From Eledone cirrhosa (taxonomy: Eukaryota): DNA of 64,000 bases. The stretch spans positions 248,001-312,000 of the forward strand of contig CAXHJY010000928.1 of assembly GCA_964016885.1 (NCBI GenBank), written 5' to 3'. Shown one piece after another: positions 12,291-24,879 of this stretch. Position 1 is the stretch's first letter. Each line of letters opens with the position of its first letter. Under the pieces are notes generated by a model. The model was not told the origin of the DNA and did no database searches. It worked only from the letters and a program-made list of their open reading frames with translations. A program made the position numbers and the translations under genes.

Positions 12291-15200
12291 AGGGCGAGAA
12301 GGGCAGTAGTAGTAATGTCAGTGTTTGTTGGGGTTGGTAAGGGCTAGAAGGACAGTAGTAGAAATGGCAGAGTTTGTTGGGACTGGTAAGGGCTAGAAGG
12401 ACAGTAGTAGTAATGGCAGAGTTTGTTGGGGCTGGTAAGGGCTAGAAGGACAGTAGTAGAAATGTCAGTGTTTGTTGGGGTTGGTAAGGGCTAGAAGGAC
12501 AGTAGTAGTAATGTCAGTGTTTGTTGGGGTTGGTAAGGGCTAGAAGGACAGTAGTAGTAATGTCAGTGTTTGTTGGGATTGGTAAGGGCTAGAAGGACAG
12601 TAGTAGTAATGGCAGAGTTTGTTGGGGTTGGTAAGGGCTAGAAGGACAGTAGTAGTAATGGCAGAGTTTGTTGGGGTTGGTAAGGGCTAGAAGGACAGTA
12701 GTAGTAATGTCAGTGTTTGTTGGGGTTGGTAAGGGCTAGAAGGACAGTAGTAGAAATGGCAGTGTTTATTGGGGTTGGTAAGGGCTAGAAGGACAGTAGT
12801 AGTAATGTCAGTGTTTGTTGGGGTTGGTAAGGGCTAGAAGGACAGTAGTAGTAATGGCAGAGTTTGTTGGGGTTGGTAAGGGCTAGAAGGACAGTAGTAG
12901 AAATGGCAGAGTTTGTTGGGGTTGGTAAGGGCTAGAAGGACAGTAGTAGAAATGTCAGTGTTTGTTGGGGCTGGTAAGGTCTAGAAGGACAGTAGTAGTA
13001 ATGGCAGTGTTTGTTGGGGTTGGTAAGGGCTAGAAGGACAGTAGTAGAAATGTCAGTGTTTGTTGGGGCTGGTAAGGGCTAGAAGGACAGTAGTAGTAAT
13101 GTCAGTGTTTGTTGGGGTTGGTAAGGGCTAGAAGGACAGTAGTAGAAATGTCAGTGTTTGTTGGGGTTGGTAAGGGCTAGAAGGACAGTAGTAGTAATGT
13201 CAGTGTTTGTTGGGGATGGTAAGGGCTAGAAGGACAGTAGTAGTAATGGCAGAGTTTGTTGGGATTGGTAAGGGCTAGAAGGACAGTAGTAGTAATGGCA
13301 GTGTTTGTTGGGGTTGGTAAGGGCTAGAAGGACAGTAGTAGTAATGGCAGTGTTTGTTGGGGTTGGTAAGGGCTAGAAGGACAGTAGTAGAAATGGCAGA
13401 GTTTGTTGGGGTTGGTAAGGGCTAGAAGGACAGTAGTAGCAATGTCAGTGTTTGTTGGGGTTGGTAAGGGCTAGAAGGACAGTAGTAGAAATGTCAGTGT
13501 TTGTTGGGGTTGGTAAGGGCTAGAAGGACAGTAGTAGAAATGTCAGTGTTTGTTGGGGTTGGTAAGGGCTAGAAGGACAGTAGTAGTAATGTCAGTGTTT
13601 GTTGGGGATGGTAAGGGCTAGAAGGACAGTAGTAGTAATGTCAGTGTTTGTTGGGGTTGGTAAGGGCTAGAAGGACAGTAGTAGAAATGTCAGTGTTTGT
13701 TGGGGTTGGTAAGGGCTAGAAGGACAGTAGTAGTAATGTCAGTGTTTGTTGGGGCTGGTAAGGGCTAGAAGGACAGTAGTAGTAATGTCAGTGTTTGTTG
13801 GGGTTGGTAAGGGCTAGAAGGACAGTAGTAGAAATGTCAGTGTTTGTTGGGGTTGGTAAGGGCTAGAAGGACAGTAGTAGTAATGGCAGTGTTTGTTGGG
13901 GATGGTAAGGGCTAGAAGGACAGTAGTAGTAATGTCAGTGTTTGTTGGGGTTGGTAAGGGCTAGAAGGACAGTAGTAGTAATGTCAGTGTTTGTTGGGGT
14001 TGGTAAGGGCTAGAAGGACAGTAGTAGTAATGGCAGAGTTTGTTGGGACTGGTAAGGGCTAGAAGGACAGTAGTAGTAATGGCAGAGTTTGTTGGGACTG
14101 GTAAGGGCTAGAAGGACAGTAGTAGAAATGTCAGTGTTTGTTGGGGTTGGTAAGGGCTAGAAGGACAGTAGTAGTAATGTCAGTGTTTGTTGGGGTTGGT
14201 AAGGGCTAGAAGGACAGTAGTAGTAATGTCAGTGTTTGTTGGGGTTGGTAAGGGCTAGAAGGACAGTAGTAGTAATGGCAGAGTTTGTTGGGACTGGTAA
14301 GGGCTAGAAGGACAGTAGTAGTAATGGCAGAGTTTGTTGGGGTTGGTAAGGGCTAGAAGGACAGTAGTAGTAATGGCAGAGTTTGTTGGGACTGGTAAGG
14401 GCTAGAAGGACAGTAGTAGTAATGTCAGTGTTTGTTGGGGTTGGTAAGGGCTAGAAGGACAGTAGTAGAAATGGCAGTGTTTATTGGGGTTGGTAAGGGC
14501 TAGAAGGACAGTAGTAGTAATGTCAGTGTTTGTTGGGGTTGGTAAGGGCTAGAAGGACAGTAGTAGTAATGGCAGAGTTTGTTGGGGTTGGTAAGGGCTA
14601 GAAGGACAGTAGTAGAAATGGCAGAGTTTGTTGGGGTTGGTAAGGGCTAGAAGGACAGTAGTAGAAATGTCAGTGTTTGTTGGGGCTGGTAAGGTCTAGA
14701 AGGACAGTAGTAGTAATGGCAGTGTTTGTTGGGGTTGGTAAGGGCTAGAAGGACAGTAGTAGAAATGTCAGTGTTTGTTGGGGCTGGTAAGGGCTAGAAG
14801 GACAGTAGTAGTAATGTCAGTGTTTGTTGGGGTTGGTAAGGGCTAGAAGGACAGTAGTAGAAATGTCAGTGTTTGTTGGGGTTGGTAAGGGCTAGAAGGA
14901 CAGTAGTAGAAATGTCAGTGTTTGTTGGGGTTGGTAAGGGCTAGAAGGACAGTAGTAGAAATGGCAGAGTTTGTTGGGGCTGGTAAGGGCTAGAAGGACA
15001 GTAGTAGAAATGGCAGAGTTTGTTGGGGCTGGTAAGGGCTAGAAGGACAGTAGTAGAAATGGCAGAGTTTGTTGGGGCTGGTAAGGGCTAGAAGGAGAGT
15101 AGTAGTAATGGCAGAGTTTGTTGGGGCTGGTAAGGGCTAGAAGGACAGTAGTAGTAATGTCAGTGTTTGTTGGGGATGGTAAGGGCTAGAAGGACAGTAG

Positions 15201-18030
15201 TAGTAATGTCAGTGTTTGTTGGGGCTGGTAAGGGCTAGAAGGACAGTAGTAGTAATGGCAGAGTTTGTTGAGGCTGGTAAGGGCTAGAAGGACAGTAGTA
15301 GTAATGGCAGAGTTTGTTGGGGCTGGTAAGGGCTAGAAGGACAGTAGTAGCAATGGCAGTGTTTGTTGGGGCTGGTAAGGGCTAGAAGGACAGTAGTAGC
15401 AATGGCAGTGTTTGTTCGTGCTGTTAAGGGCTAGAAGAACAGTAGTAGCAATGGCAGAGTTTGTTGAGGCTGGTAAGGGCTAGAAGGACAGTAGTAGTAA
15501 TGGCAGAGTTTGTTGGGGTTGGTAAGGGCTAGAAGGGCAGTAGTAGTAATGTCAGTGTTTGTTGGGGTTGGTAAGGGCTAGAAGGAGAGTAGTAGTAATG
15601 GCAGAGTTTGTTGGGGTTGGTAAGGGCTAGAAGGACAGTAGTAGTAATGGCAGAGTTTGTTGGGGCTGGTAAGGCTAGAAGGTCAGAGGTAGTTATGGCA
15701 GAGTGTGATAGGGTTGTTAGGGTTAGAAGGACAGTAGTAATAATGGCAGAGTTTGTTGGGGTTGGTAAAGGCTAGAAGGACAGTAGTAGTAATGGCAGTT
15801 TGTTGGGGCTGGTAAAGGCTAGAAGGACAGTAGTAGTAATGGCAGTTTGTTGGGGCTGGTAAGGGCTAGAAGGACAGTAGTAGTAATGGCAGTTTGTTGG
15901 GGCTGGTAAAGGCTAGAAGGACAGTAGTAGTAATGGCAGTGTTTGTTGGGGCTGGTAAGGGCTAGAAGGACAGTAGTAGTAATGGCAGAGTGTGATAGGG
16001 CTGGTAAGGCTAGAAGGACAGTAGTAGTAATGGCAGAGTTTGTTGGGGCTGGTAAGGGCTAGAAGGATAGTAGTAATGGCAGAGTTTGTTGGGGCTGGTA
16101 AGGTCTAGGAGGACAGTAGTAGTAATGGCAGAGTTTGATGGGGCTGGTAAGGGCTAGAAGGACAGTAGTAGTAATGACAGAGTTTGTTGGGGATGGTAAG
16201 GGCTATAAGGACAGTAGTAGTAATGGCAGAGTTTGTTGGGGCTGGTAAGGCTAGAAGGACAGTAGTAGTAATGTCAGTGTTTGTTGGGGCTGGTAAGGTC
16301 TAGAAGGACAGTAGTAGTAATGGCAGAGTTTGTTGGGGCTGGTAAGGCTAGAAGGACAGTAGTAGTAATGGCAGAGTTTGTTGGGGCTGGTAAGGGCTAG
16401 AAGGACAGTAGTAGTAATGGCAGAGTTTGTTGGGGCTGGTAAGGCTAGAAGGACAGTAGTAGTGATGGCAGTGTTTGTTGGGGCTGGTAAGGGCTAGAAG
16501 GACAGTAGTAGTAATGGCAGAGTTTGTTGGGGCTGGTAAGGTCTAGAAGGACAGTAGTAGTAATGGCAGAGTTTGTTGGGGCTGGTAAGGGCTAGAAGGA
16601 CAGTAGTAGTAATGGCAGAGTTTATTGGGGTTGGTAAGGGCTCGAAGGACTGTAGTAGTAATTGCAGAGTTTGTTGGGGTTGGTAAGGGCTAGAAGGACA
16701 GTAGTAGTAATGTCAGAGTTTGTTGGGGCTGGTAAGGGCTAGAAGGACAGTAGTAGTAATGGCAGAGTTTATTGGGGTTGGTAAGGGCTCGAAGGACTGT
16801 AGTAGTAATTGCAGAGTTTGTTGGGGTTGGTAAGGGCTAGAAGGACAGTAGTAGTAATGGCAGAGGTTGTTGGAGCTGGTAAGGGCTAGAAGGACAGTAG
16901 TAGTAATGGCAGAGTTTGTTGGGGATGGTAAGGGCTAGAAGGACAGTAGTAGTAATGTCAGAGTTTGTTGGGGCTGGTAAGGGCTAGAAGGAGAGTAGTA
17001 GTAATGGCAGAGTTTGTTGGGGCTGGTAAGGGCTAGAAGGACAGTAGTAGTGATGGCAGAGTTTGTTGGGGATGGTAAGGGCTAGAAGGACAGTAGTAGT
17101 AATGGCAGAGTTTGTTGGGGATGGTAAGGGCTAGAGGGACAGTAGTAGTAATGGCAGAGGTTGTTAGAGCTGGTAAGGGCTAGAAGGACAGTAGTAGTAA
17201 TGGCAGAGTTTGTTGGGGATGGTAAGGGCTAGAGGGACAGTAGTAGTAATGGCAGAGGTTGTTAGAGCTGGTAAGGTCTAGAAGGACAGTAGTAGTAATG
17301 GCAGAGTTTGTTGGGGATTGTAAGGTCTAGAAGGGCAGTAGTAGTAATGGCAGAGTTTGTTGGGGTTGGTAAGGGCTAGAAGGACAGAGGTAGTAATGGC
17401 AGAGTTTGCTGGGGCTGGTAAGAGCTAGAAGGACAGTAGTAGTAATGACAGTTTGTTGGGGTTCGTAAGGGCTAGAAGGACAGTAGTAGTAATGGCAGAG
17501 TTTGTTGGGGCTGGTAAGGGCTAGAAGGAGAGTAGTAGTAATGGCAGTGTTTGTTGGGGCTGGTAAGGGCTAGAAGGACAGTAGTAGTAATGTCAGTGTT
17601 TGTTGGGGCTGGTAAGGGCTAGAAGGACAGTAGTAGTAATGGCAGAGTTTGCTGAGGCTGGTAAAGGCTAGAAGGGCAGTAGTGGTAGTAGTAGTAGTAA
17701 TGGCAGGGTTTGTTGGGGATGGTAAGGGCTAGAAGGACAGTAGTAGTAGTAGTTGTAGCAGTAATGGCAGAATTTGTTGGGGCTGGTAAGGGCTAGTAGG
17801 ACAGTAGTGGTAGTAGTAGTAATGGCAGGGTTTGTTGGGGATGGTAAGGGCTAGAAGGACAGTAGTGGTAGTAGTAGTAATGGCAGGGTTTGTTGGGGAT
17901 GGTAAGGGCTAGAAGGACAGTAGTAGTAGTAGTAGTAGTAGCAGTAATGGCAGAATTTGTTGGGGCTGGTAAGGGCTAGTAGGACAGTAGTGGTAGTAGT
18001 AGTAAGGGCAGGGTTTGTTGGGGCTTGTAA
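12291..18030. repeat. 49-bp tandem satellite, roughly 115 copies (GGTAAGGGCTAGAAGGACAGTAGTAGTAATGTCAGTGTTTGTTGGGGTT)
   Basis: Period measured from 12336 to 12385; homogeneous 5' half and more divergent 3' end with (GTA)n expansions. Confidence 0.97.
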
Positions 18031-18349
18031 TGGGTGAGGAGATGTTGTTGTGGTTTGATTGGTAAATAGCCTATGGTGGTGAGTGGGGGTGGGCAGGAGG
18101 GAAATTGTGAGATAGGTAGCCATCATGACATATATCATCACAGAAGATTCGGGGGAAACAAGCAGATACAAGTAGGAATATTGGACAAGGTAAATGTGCG
18201 AGAATTTCGAAGAAGGTTGAAGTATATACGTTGTGGAAACAAGCGAATCATAATAATAACAATGTAAACAAAACATTTTGTAGAAAAGAAATAATCTATG
18301 GATGGCTGGGATGTAAGTTGGAAATCTTTAAAAATGTATATATATATTG

Positions 18350-18760
18350 TCAGGTTGCTCTTGAGTGCTACTGGTAACATGTATCCCAGTACAAACTGTC
18401 TCATGGTCAGGTTGTCAGTGACTAAACCGACAACCCCACCAAGCAAGCTTGGGAGGGTCATATTTGGACACCCTGCGGGATGAAATACAAGACTTGGCGA
18501 AGGGCGGAGGAACTCAGCAGAGTCAACGGCCATCCTAATAGGACTTTTTTTTTCCCCTGGGAGTGAAAGGCCCCCAGTTGTTGTCACAACACCTTTCTAA
18601 GAGAAGGAAACTCTGAAAAAAAACCTGCGACTTCCGAAACATCCAATGATGTTGACCAGTTCTCTTTTTTTGGTAGTGTTTTCGATGCTCAGAGTGGGAT
18701 TGGTCGAGTGCAAGGCCTTTCCCCAATTAAAAAAAACCTTCAAAACACAGGCATTGCTTG
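18350..18760 (+). repeat. Dispersed repeat copy (RTE 5' UTR-like)
   Basis: Homologous to 7768-8152 and 18870-19320. Confidence 0.6.
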
Positions 18761-18869
18761 TTCAGGTTCGTGTGGCTGGCCATAGCCTAAATGTGCACCA
18801 TTTTCCATAATCTGATAAGCAATTGCAGTACTCTTTGCAGAGTTTTCAGCTACCATGTATGTATATATG

Positions 18870-19320
18870 GTCACTCTTGAGTGCTACAGGTAACATGTAA
18901 CCCAGTACAACCTGTTGCAAGGTCGGGTCATCGGCAACTAAACCGGCAACCCCACCAAGTTTACCTGGTGAGGAGGGTGATTTTGGACCTCGCTTCAGGA
19001 CAAAAAACAAAACCTGACAAAGAGTGAAAGAACTCATAAGAGTCAACAGCCATCCAAAAATGTGTAAATATGTATATACACATGTACCACGTGGTTAAAC
19101 CACTGGGAGTGAAGGACCCCTAGCCTTTGTCAGGGCATTCTTTTAGGAGAAGGCAACTCAGGAAACTGGGATAACTCCGATATAAAACCCGTGGCTCAGT
19201 AGTTACCGATGATGTTGATTGTTTCTTCTTTTCGGGTTATAGCTACTGTTGCTCAGAGAGTGGGATTGGCACAGTCTTTCCTCACTTTAAAAAATATCTT
19301 CACGCACAGGAATTGCACAA
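18870..19320 (+). repeat. Dispersed repeat copy (RTE 5' UTR-like)
   Basis: Homologous to 7768-8152 and 18350-18760. Confidence 0.6.
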
Positions 19321-19409
19321 TAGAATTAATTGATAATTATTAATAATGTTATATTGTGCAATGGCCATGCTCGATAACAAGGGGGCAGCCATCATATATA
19401 TATATATAT

Positions 19410-22108
19410 ATGACTTGATAGTAGTTGGGCTCTATAGGTCACCCCAAACACCCATACTGTCTTTAAAGAATACCTCAACAGCATTAAATGCTTTATTCAA
19501 CAGTGCCATTCTAGTAACATACTTATGATGGGAGTCTTTAATCTACCCTGTGTTGATTGGTCTACAAACAGTTTGAAACCAGGCATTCCCAACTCAACCA
19601 CTGACAAAGAAGCAGTCGAGTCACTTCTTGACTTTATGAATGAGCTTTTCTTGTTCTAACTTGTCCTTGTACCAACAAGGTATCAGAACATTTTGGACCT
19701 AGTGTTTAGTAACCACAATAACACTATACATAATATTACAGTAGAAAAAACCCTTCTCTCAGACTATGACATGGTTCTTTGTAACCTGAGATTCCACCAG
19801 CTGAAAGCTAATCCTAGTGACCTCTCTCCAGCCCACCCATTTGATAACATGGATCTCTACAATGCCAACTGGGATGCAATTATGAACAAACTATCACATG
19901 TCGACTGGTCTTTTACACTTCCACCAACATCAAAACATCTTGGCAGATCTTTGTAGACACTGTCACAAATATATGTACAAAACACACCCCACCAAAACCT
20001 GTGAACAAAACTAAGTGCAGTATCCCCCAAAACAGAAAAACAATTATCAGAAAAATAAAAAGAACAAACAAAAAAAATAACACACTAAAATACTGCCAAC
20101 AGCAACACACACATTCGATGGCTATCACCCTGCTTGAGTCAAATAAATATAACCTCCAACAATGCATGATGACCATCATCAATAATCAGAGAATAACTGA
20201 AGAGAGGTGAGCCATTGAGAAAACCACACTCAATCCCAAAGTGTTCTTCTCATTTGCTAAAAAACACAAGGTCACTGTCTCCACTGTTGGCCCCCTAGTT
20301 GATGAAAATGGCACTCACCAGGACAATGCCAAAACCATGGGCGAGATACTACAGAAACAATACTGCTCTGTTTTCAGCAACCCTGATATGGCTGATCTGG
20401 GCCGTATCAGTGATATTAACCCCCAACACACTATATTGGACATAACGTTTGGCGCCCCTGATGTCTTAGCGGCAATAAACGAAATTAAACACAATTCAGC
20501 AGTAGGCCCCGATAGGTTCCCTGCTTGTGTCCTGAAGGTGTGTCGACACCAACTTGCATCTCCTCTTGCTAATCTGTGGAGGAACTCACTGGACACTGGC
20601 TATATTCCTGAAAACTTTCTGTCCCAGTCTGTTGTCCCAGTCTTCAAAAAGGGAAATAAGTCCCTTGCAGTGAACTACCGTCCGATCTCACTCAACTCTC
20701 ATATTATCAAAGTATTTGAGAGAGTGGTAAGATCACGAATAACCCACTTTCTTGAAAGCAACGGCCTGCTGAACTCCAACCAACATGGGCTCCGTAATGG
20801 AAGAGACTGCCTAACGCAGCTCCTGCATCACTTTCATGATATTTTGAGAGCCTTGGGAGAGGGCTCCAACACTGATGTCATCTACCTTGATTTCAGCAAG
20901 GCATTCGACAGGGTTGATCATAAGATTCTACTGAAAAATCTATCCAATGTTGGTGTCTCTGGAAGGTTACTACAGTGGATCAAATGTTTCCTGACAGACA
21001 GAGCCCAGCATGTTGTAGTCGAAGGAGTAAAATCAAGCCCAGCCAAATTCAGCTGTGGCGTCCCACAAGGCACTGTGTTGGGCCCATTTCTTTTCATCAT
21101 CTACATTAATGACATTACTGACATCATCAAGCACAGCAACATAAGAATCTTTACAGATGATTCCAAGCTCCAGAAGATGATGTATTGAGGTGGGTGATCG
21201 GACATGCCTTCAGTCAGACCTACTGACTGTTATCCAATGGGCAGAAAAGAACAATATGATGTTGAATGAGGATAATTTTGAATTAATCCACTTTGGAAAA
21301 GAGGATGCCCTGAAACTACCATACTCTCTTCCTTCAGGTGACTCTCGTGGCCCCAACAATATCAGAGACTTGGGAGTTATTGTGGACAACAACATAAGCT
21401 GGGCCACTCATATAAACACCAAAGTTGACATGGCCTGCAGAATGTGTTCCTCAATTCTCAGAACTTTCCAGTCGAGAGATATCCACACTGTTATCCTTCT
21501 CTTCTCCACTTTTGGCCGACCCCACCTTGAATACTGTTGTCCACTGTGGTGTCCCCACACGAAACAAAGTATCATGAAAGTTGAAGTACCCCAAAGGTCA
21601 ATTACAAAAAAGATAGATGGCATGACAGGCCTTGACTATTGGAGTCGATTAGAAAAGCTCAACCTTTATTCTCTTCAACGTCGCCGTGAGCGCTACATTA
21701 TCTGCATGATGTGGAAAATATTCTATCAGCTTTGCCCAAATGATGTTGGCATCACCTTTAATGTACACCCAAGGCTTGGGACCCGTGCTATCCGCCCACG
21801 ACAAAAATCTTACTCGCATCTGATAACAACAATACAGCACAATCATTTCACCTCAATTGGCCCTGCATTATTTAACATTACACCAAAACACATCAAAACA
21901 GAAACAGACCCCATCAAGTTCAAGAAGTCTTTGGACAAATTCCTTCAAGAAATCCCGGATAAGCCTCCTACACCCGGATATGCCTCCGTAAACAATAACT
22001 CTCTGCTCGAGTGGGCCATGGTGTCCAAATCCTGATTTAAAAACTTCCCCAGGTGGGGCTATTAAGTTAGACATGGCCTAAGCCAATACTGGCTGAAACT
22101 TATTAAAG
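19410..22108 (+). mobile_element. CR1-group LINE, 5'-truncated (partial APE, RT and C-terminus), with stops and frameshifts
   Basis: LYRSP, LDLVF, SDYDMV; NYRPISL, YLDFSKAFD, GVPQGTVLGP, FTDD, DLGV, RPHLEYC and YSLQRRRER. Confidence 0.92.
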
Positions 22109-22109
22109 T

Positions 22110-22197
22110 TATATGTTTATATATACATGTATGTATATATATATATGTGTCTGTGTGTGTATATATGTATATGTATATATATATGTGTGTGTATATG

Positions 22198-22238
<41 letters not shown>

Positions 22239-22460
22239 ATATATATGTATATGTTTGTGTGTGTGTATATATGTATCATCATCTTCATCATTTTACGTGT
22301 ATATGTATGTATATATATATATATATATATATATTTGTGTATATATATATATATATGTGTATGTTTGTGTTTGTGTGTATATATATATATAAATATATGT
22401 GTGTGTGTGTGTATATATATATATAAATATATATGTGTGTGTGTGTGTATACATATATGC
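22110..22460. repeat. (TA/TG)n microsatellite mosaic
   Basis: Directly visible. Confidence 0.95.
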
Positions 22461-22514
22461 TTATATAAGAAAAGTCCCAAATATTTCTGTATAGAGTTTG
22501 TGGACGTATGATGA

Positions 22515-22999
22515 CGAAAAGCACCCAGGCCACACTGTAAAGTAGTCATGTAGGTGTAACAACAAAAGGTACCCAGCCCACTCTGTAAAGTGGTCATGTA
22601 GGTGTAACAACAAAAAGTACCCAGCCCACTCTGTAAAGTGGTCATGTAGGTGTAACAACAAAAGGTACCCAGCCCACTCTGTAAAGTGGTCATGTAGGTG
22701 TAACAACAAAAGGTACCCAGCCCACTCTGTAAAGTGGTCATGTAGGTGTCACAACAAAAAGTACCCAGTCCACACTGTAAAGTGGTCATGTACGTGTCAC
22801 AACAAAAAGTACCCAGTACTCACTGTAAATGAGGTTAGGAAGGGCTTCCAGCTGTAGAAACCAAGCCAAAATCAGTTCTGTATAAGCAAGACATGGTAAC
22901 CTGACCTGGCACTGCCCACAACAGGACAACCCACCTAACCCATGCTAACAATGAAGAATGGGCGTAAAACGGTGATGATGATGATGATGATGATGATGA
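22515..22999 (+). mobile_element. RTE 3' UTR/tail with about 6 tandem copies of a 48-bp module
   Basis: ACCCAGCCCACTCTGTAAAGTGGTCATGTAGGTGTAACAACAAAAGGT repeats, followed by the standard RTE tail and (GAT)n. Confidence 0.85.
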
Positions 23000-23759
23000 C
23001 ACTTTAATATAACTCTAGAGGAATACTAATAGAGGTGAAAGTAAAATAGAAATAAATACCAAATTATAGTGAAATAATCTGATTCTAACTAAACATATCC
23101 TAAATCAAACCAAATATTAGTCTTTCATAAATGTTCCTAAAACCAATATATAGATGTTTATAAAGAGATGAGACAGTATGTTAAGGTTTTTAGGCAACTT
23201 AAACAAACTGACACCGTTAAATAACGATAAAAAATTAGTTTTACTCTATAACCTGATTAGAAAACATAATAGGCAAATATATACAAATATTTTAAAAATA
23301 TGTGTGAAAATATTAACTCCATATATATAATTTTCTTCTATACCTGCTTGGGACTTTTGACTAACAAAAAAATCTAAATATTTTCAAATCTTTCTCTTAT
23401 AAATAACTGAACTCACTACCCTAAATTTGTAAGACATTTTTTCGACAGCCCCTACTGTCACCAATTCCTAGTTTTAACATATTTTTTCCTGAAAAAACAA
23501 AATAAAAAACACTGATAAAAACCTTATATAAGCTTATGCTAATTTTGAACTTGAAATTTTAACTTTTTCTTTTTTAATATAAAAGAAAATATATTTTCAA
23601 GATAGCTAAAATAAAAATATAATGATATAATACTTACAAAATAAAAACACAAACACATATAATATATACAAATATAAATGCAAAAAAGAGTGCTAAAAAA
23701 AAACATAAAAAGAAAAAAGGAGGGTCAATTCAGCACCAAGTGCGACACTCGGCCACACC

Positions 23760-24392
23760 TGACATCATAAGAGTTAACTAAGCGCTTTTGAGGCAAGCCA
23801 ACACACTTGCAACATTGCCATGGATGATAGTGAGGCTAAGGTGCTGAAACAACCAAGCAGCCTCACAAGCATGACACCTGACACCTCAGTAAGGTGAGCT
23901 GCCAGTGATAAGAACTTTGCTGTCAGTGGCCCAACTCCACCAAATGTCTTGAACGTCACAGGCTGGGAAAAATAATTACTGGATAAATGCCAGGTATTTT
24001 CAAAGTTTATTCCATTCTGCAACAGAAGCAGTGACCCCCCCCCCCCCCCCCAACATTTACTGTATCATCCATGATCTTGGAGGGAGCAAAAGAGTCACTG
24101 ACTGTGATTTCCCTAGATGAAACACCTACCTCTCACTCAGGGATAAAGGGTAAGGCCATCTGGTCTCTTCCCATCACTTCTGGATAAACCAGCCAGCTCC
24201 AGAACTGAGGAGATATTTACCCGAGCCAAGGCCCATTTGATGATCCGGTTGAACTCAGTGTGACGAGCAAAACGACCAGCATTCAAGCATTCGACTGTAG
24301 AGTCGAGGGACCTACCACAGTGGCATTTCAAACCCGCCCAGGTGTCGGCTCCCACTCGAAGTGCAATGGAGGTGGTAGCTCTGTTGTTAACA
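23760..24392 (-). mobile_element. Fragment of a restriction-like-endonuclease LINE (CRE-like), C-terminal Zn knuckle and RLE
   Basis: C-x-C-G...RH..N..I..AL...GLSRSDGKRPDGLTLYP, then downstream W-I-TV-DS and TFGGVGP. Confidence 0.7.
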
Positions 24393-24394
24393 AT

Positions 24395-24830
24395 TATAAG
24401 TGTTACAGACAGGTAAAGAAGGAGGTGCAGGTGAAACTCAGGGCCATACAAAATACCTGGTGGAGCAACAAAGCAGATGAAGTTGAAGCAGCATCTGGTG
24501 GTAACAATGTGAAACTGCTGCATTCTCTACTTAGAGAGGTGTATGGTCCTTTCAGCTCACCAGTGACACTGTTGAGATCAAAAGATGGCAAGCAGTTACT
24601 GCACAATCCAAAAGACATACTCGACAGATGGAGAGATCACTTTGATGAGCTCTTAAACCAGCCATCCCAGGTTGATGATGATTTCATTTGCTCCATTCCT
24701 ATTGAACCAGTGAAGCATGAGATGGCTGATGTACCTTCTCTTGTAGAGGTGACTTCTGCTGTACATGAGCTGAACTGTGGTAAGTCTCCTGGTGTGGATG
24801 TTCTGAATGCAGAGGTTTCAAAGTGCAGTC
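24395..24830 (+). mobile_element. Fragment of a different RTE (BovB-like) LINE, linker before the RT
   Basis: WWSNKADEV...EVYGP...SKDG...RWRDHFDELLN...PSLVEV..A...LNCGKSPGVD. Confidence 0.75.
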
Positions 24831-24879
24831 ATAAAAGTTTGTCCTGGAAAAAAAGGCCAACAGACACAAACATTTTATT

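Noticed and set aside
12291-18030. CRISPR-like array
   Set aside because: Contiguous tandem monomers with no unique spacers, no cas genes, eukaryotic context; the same applies to 39848-48193.
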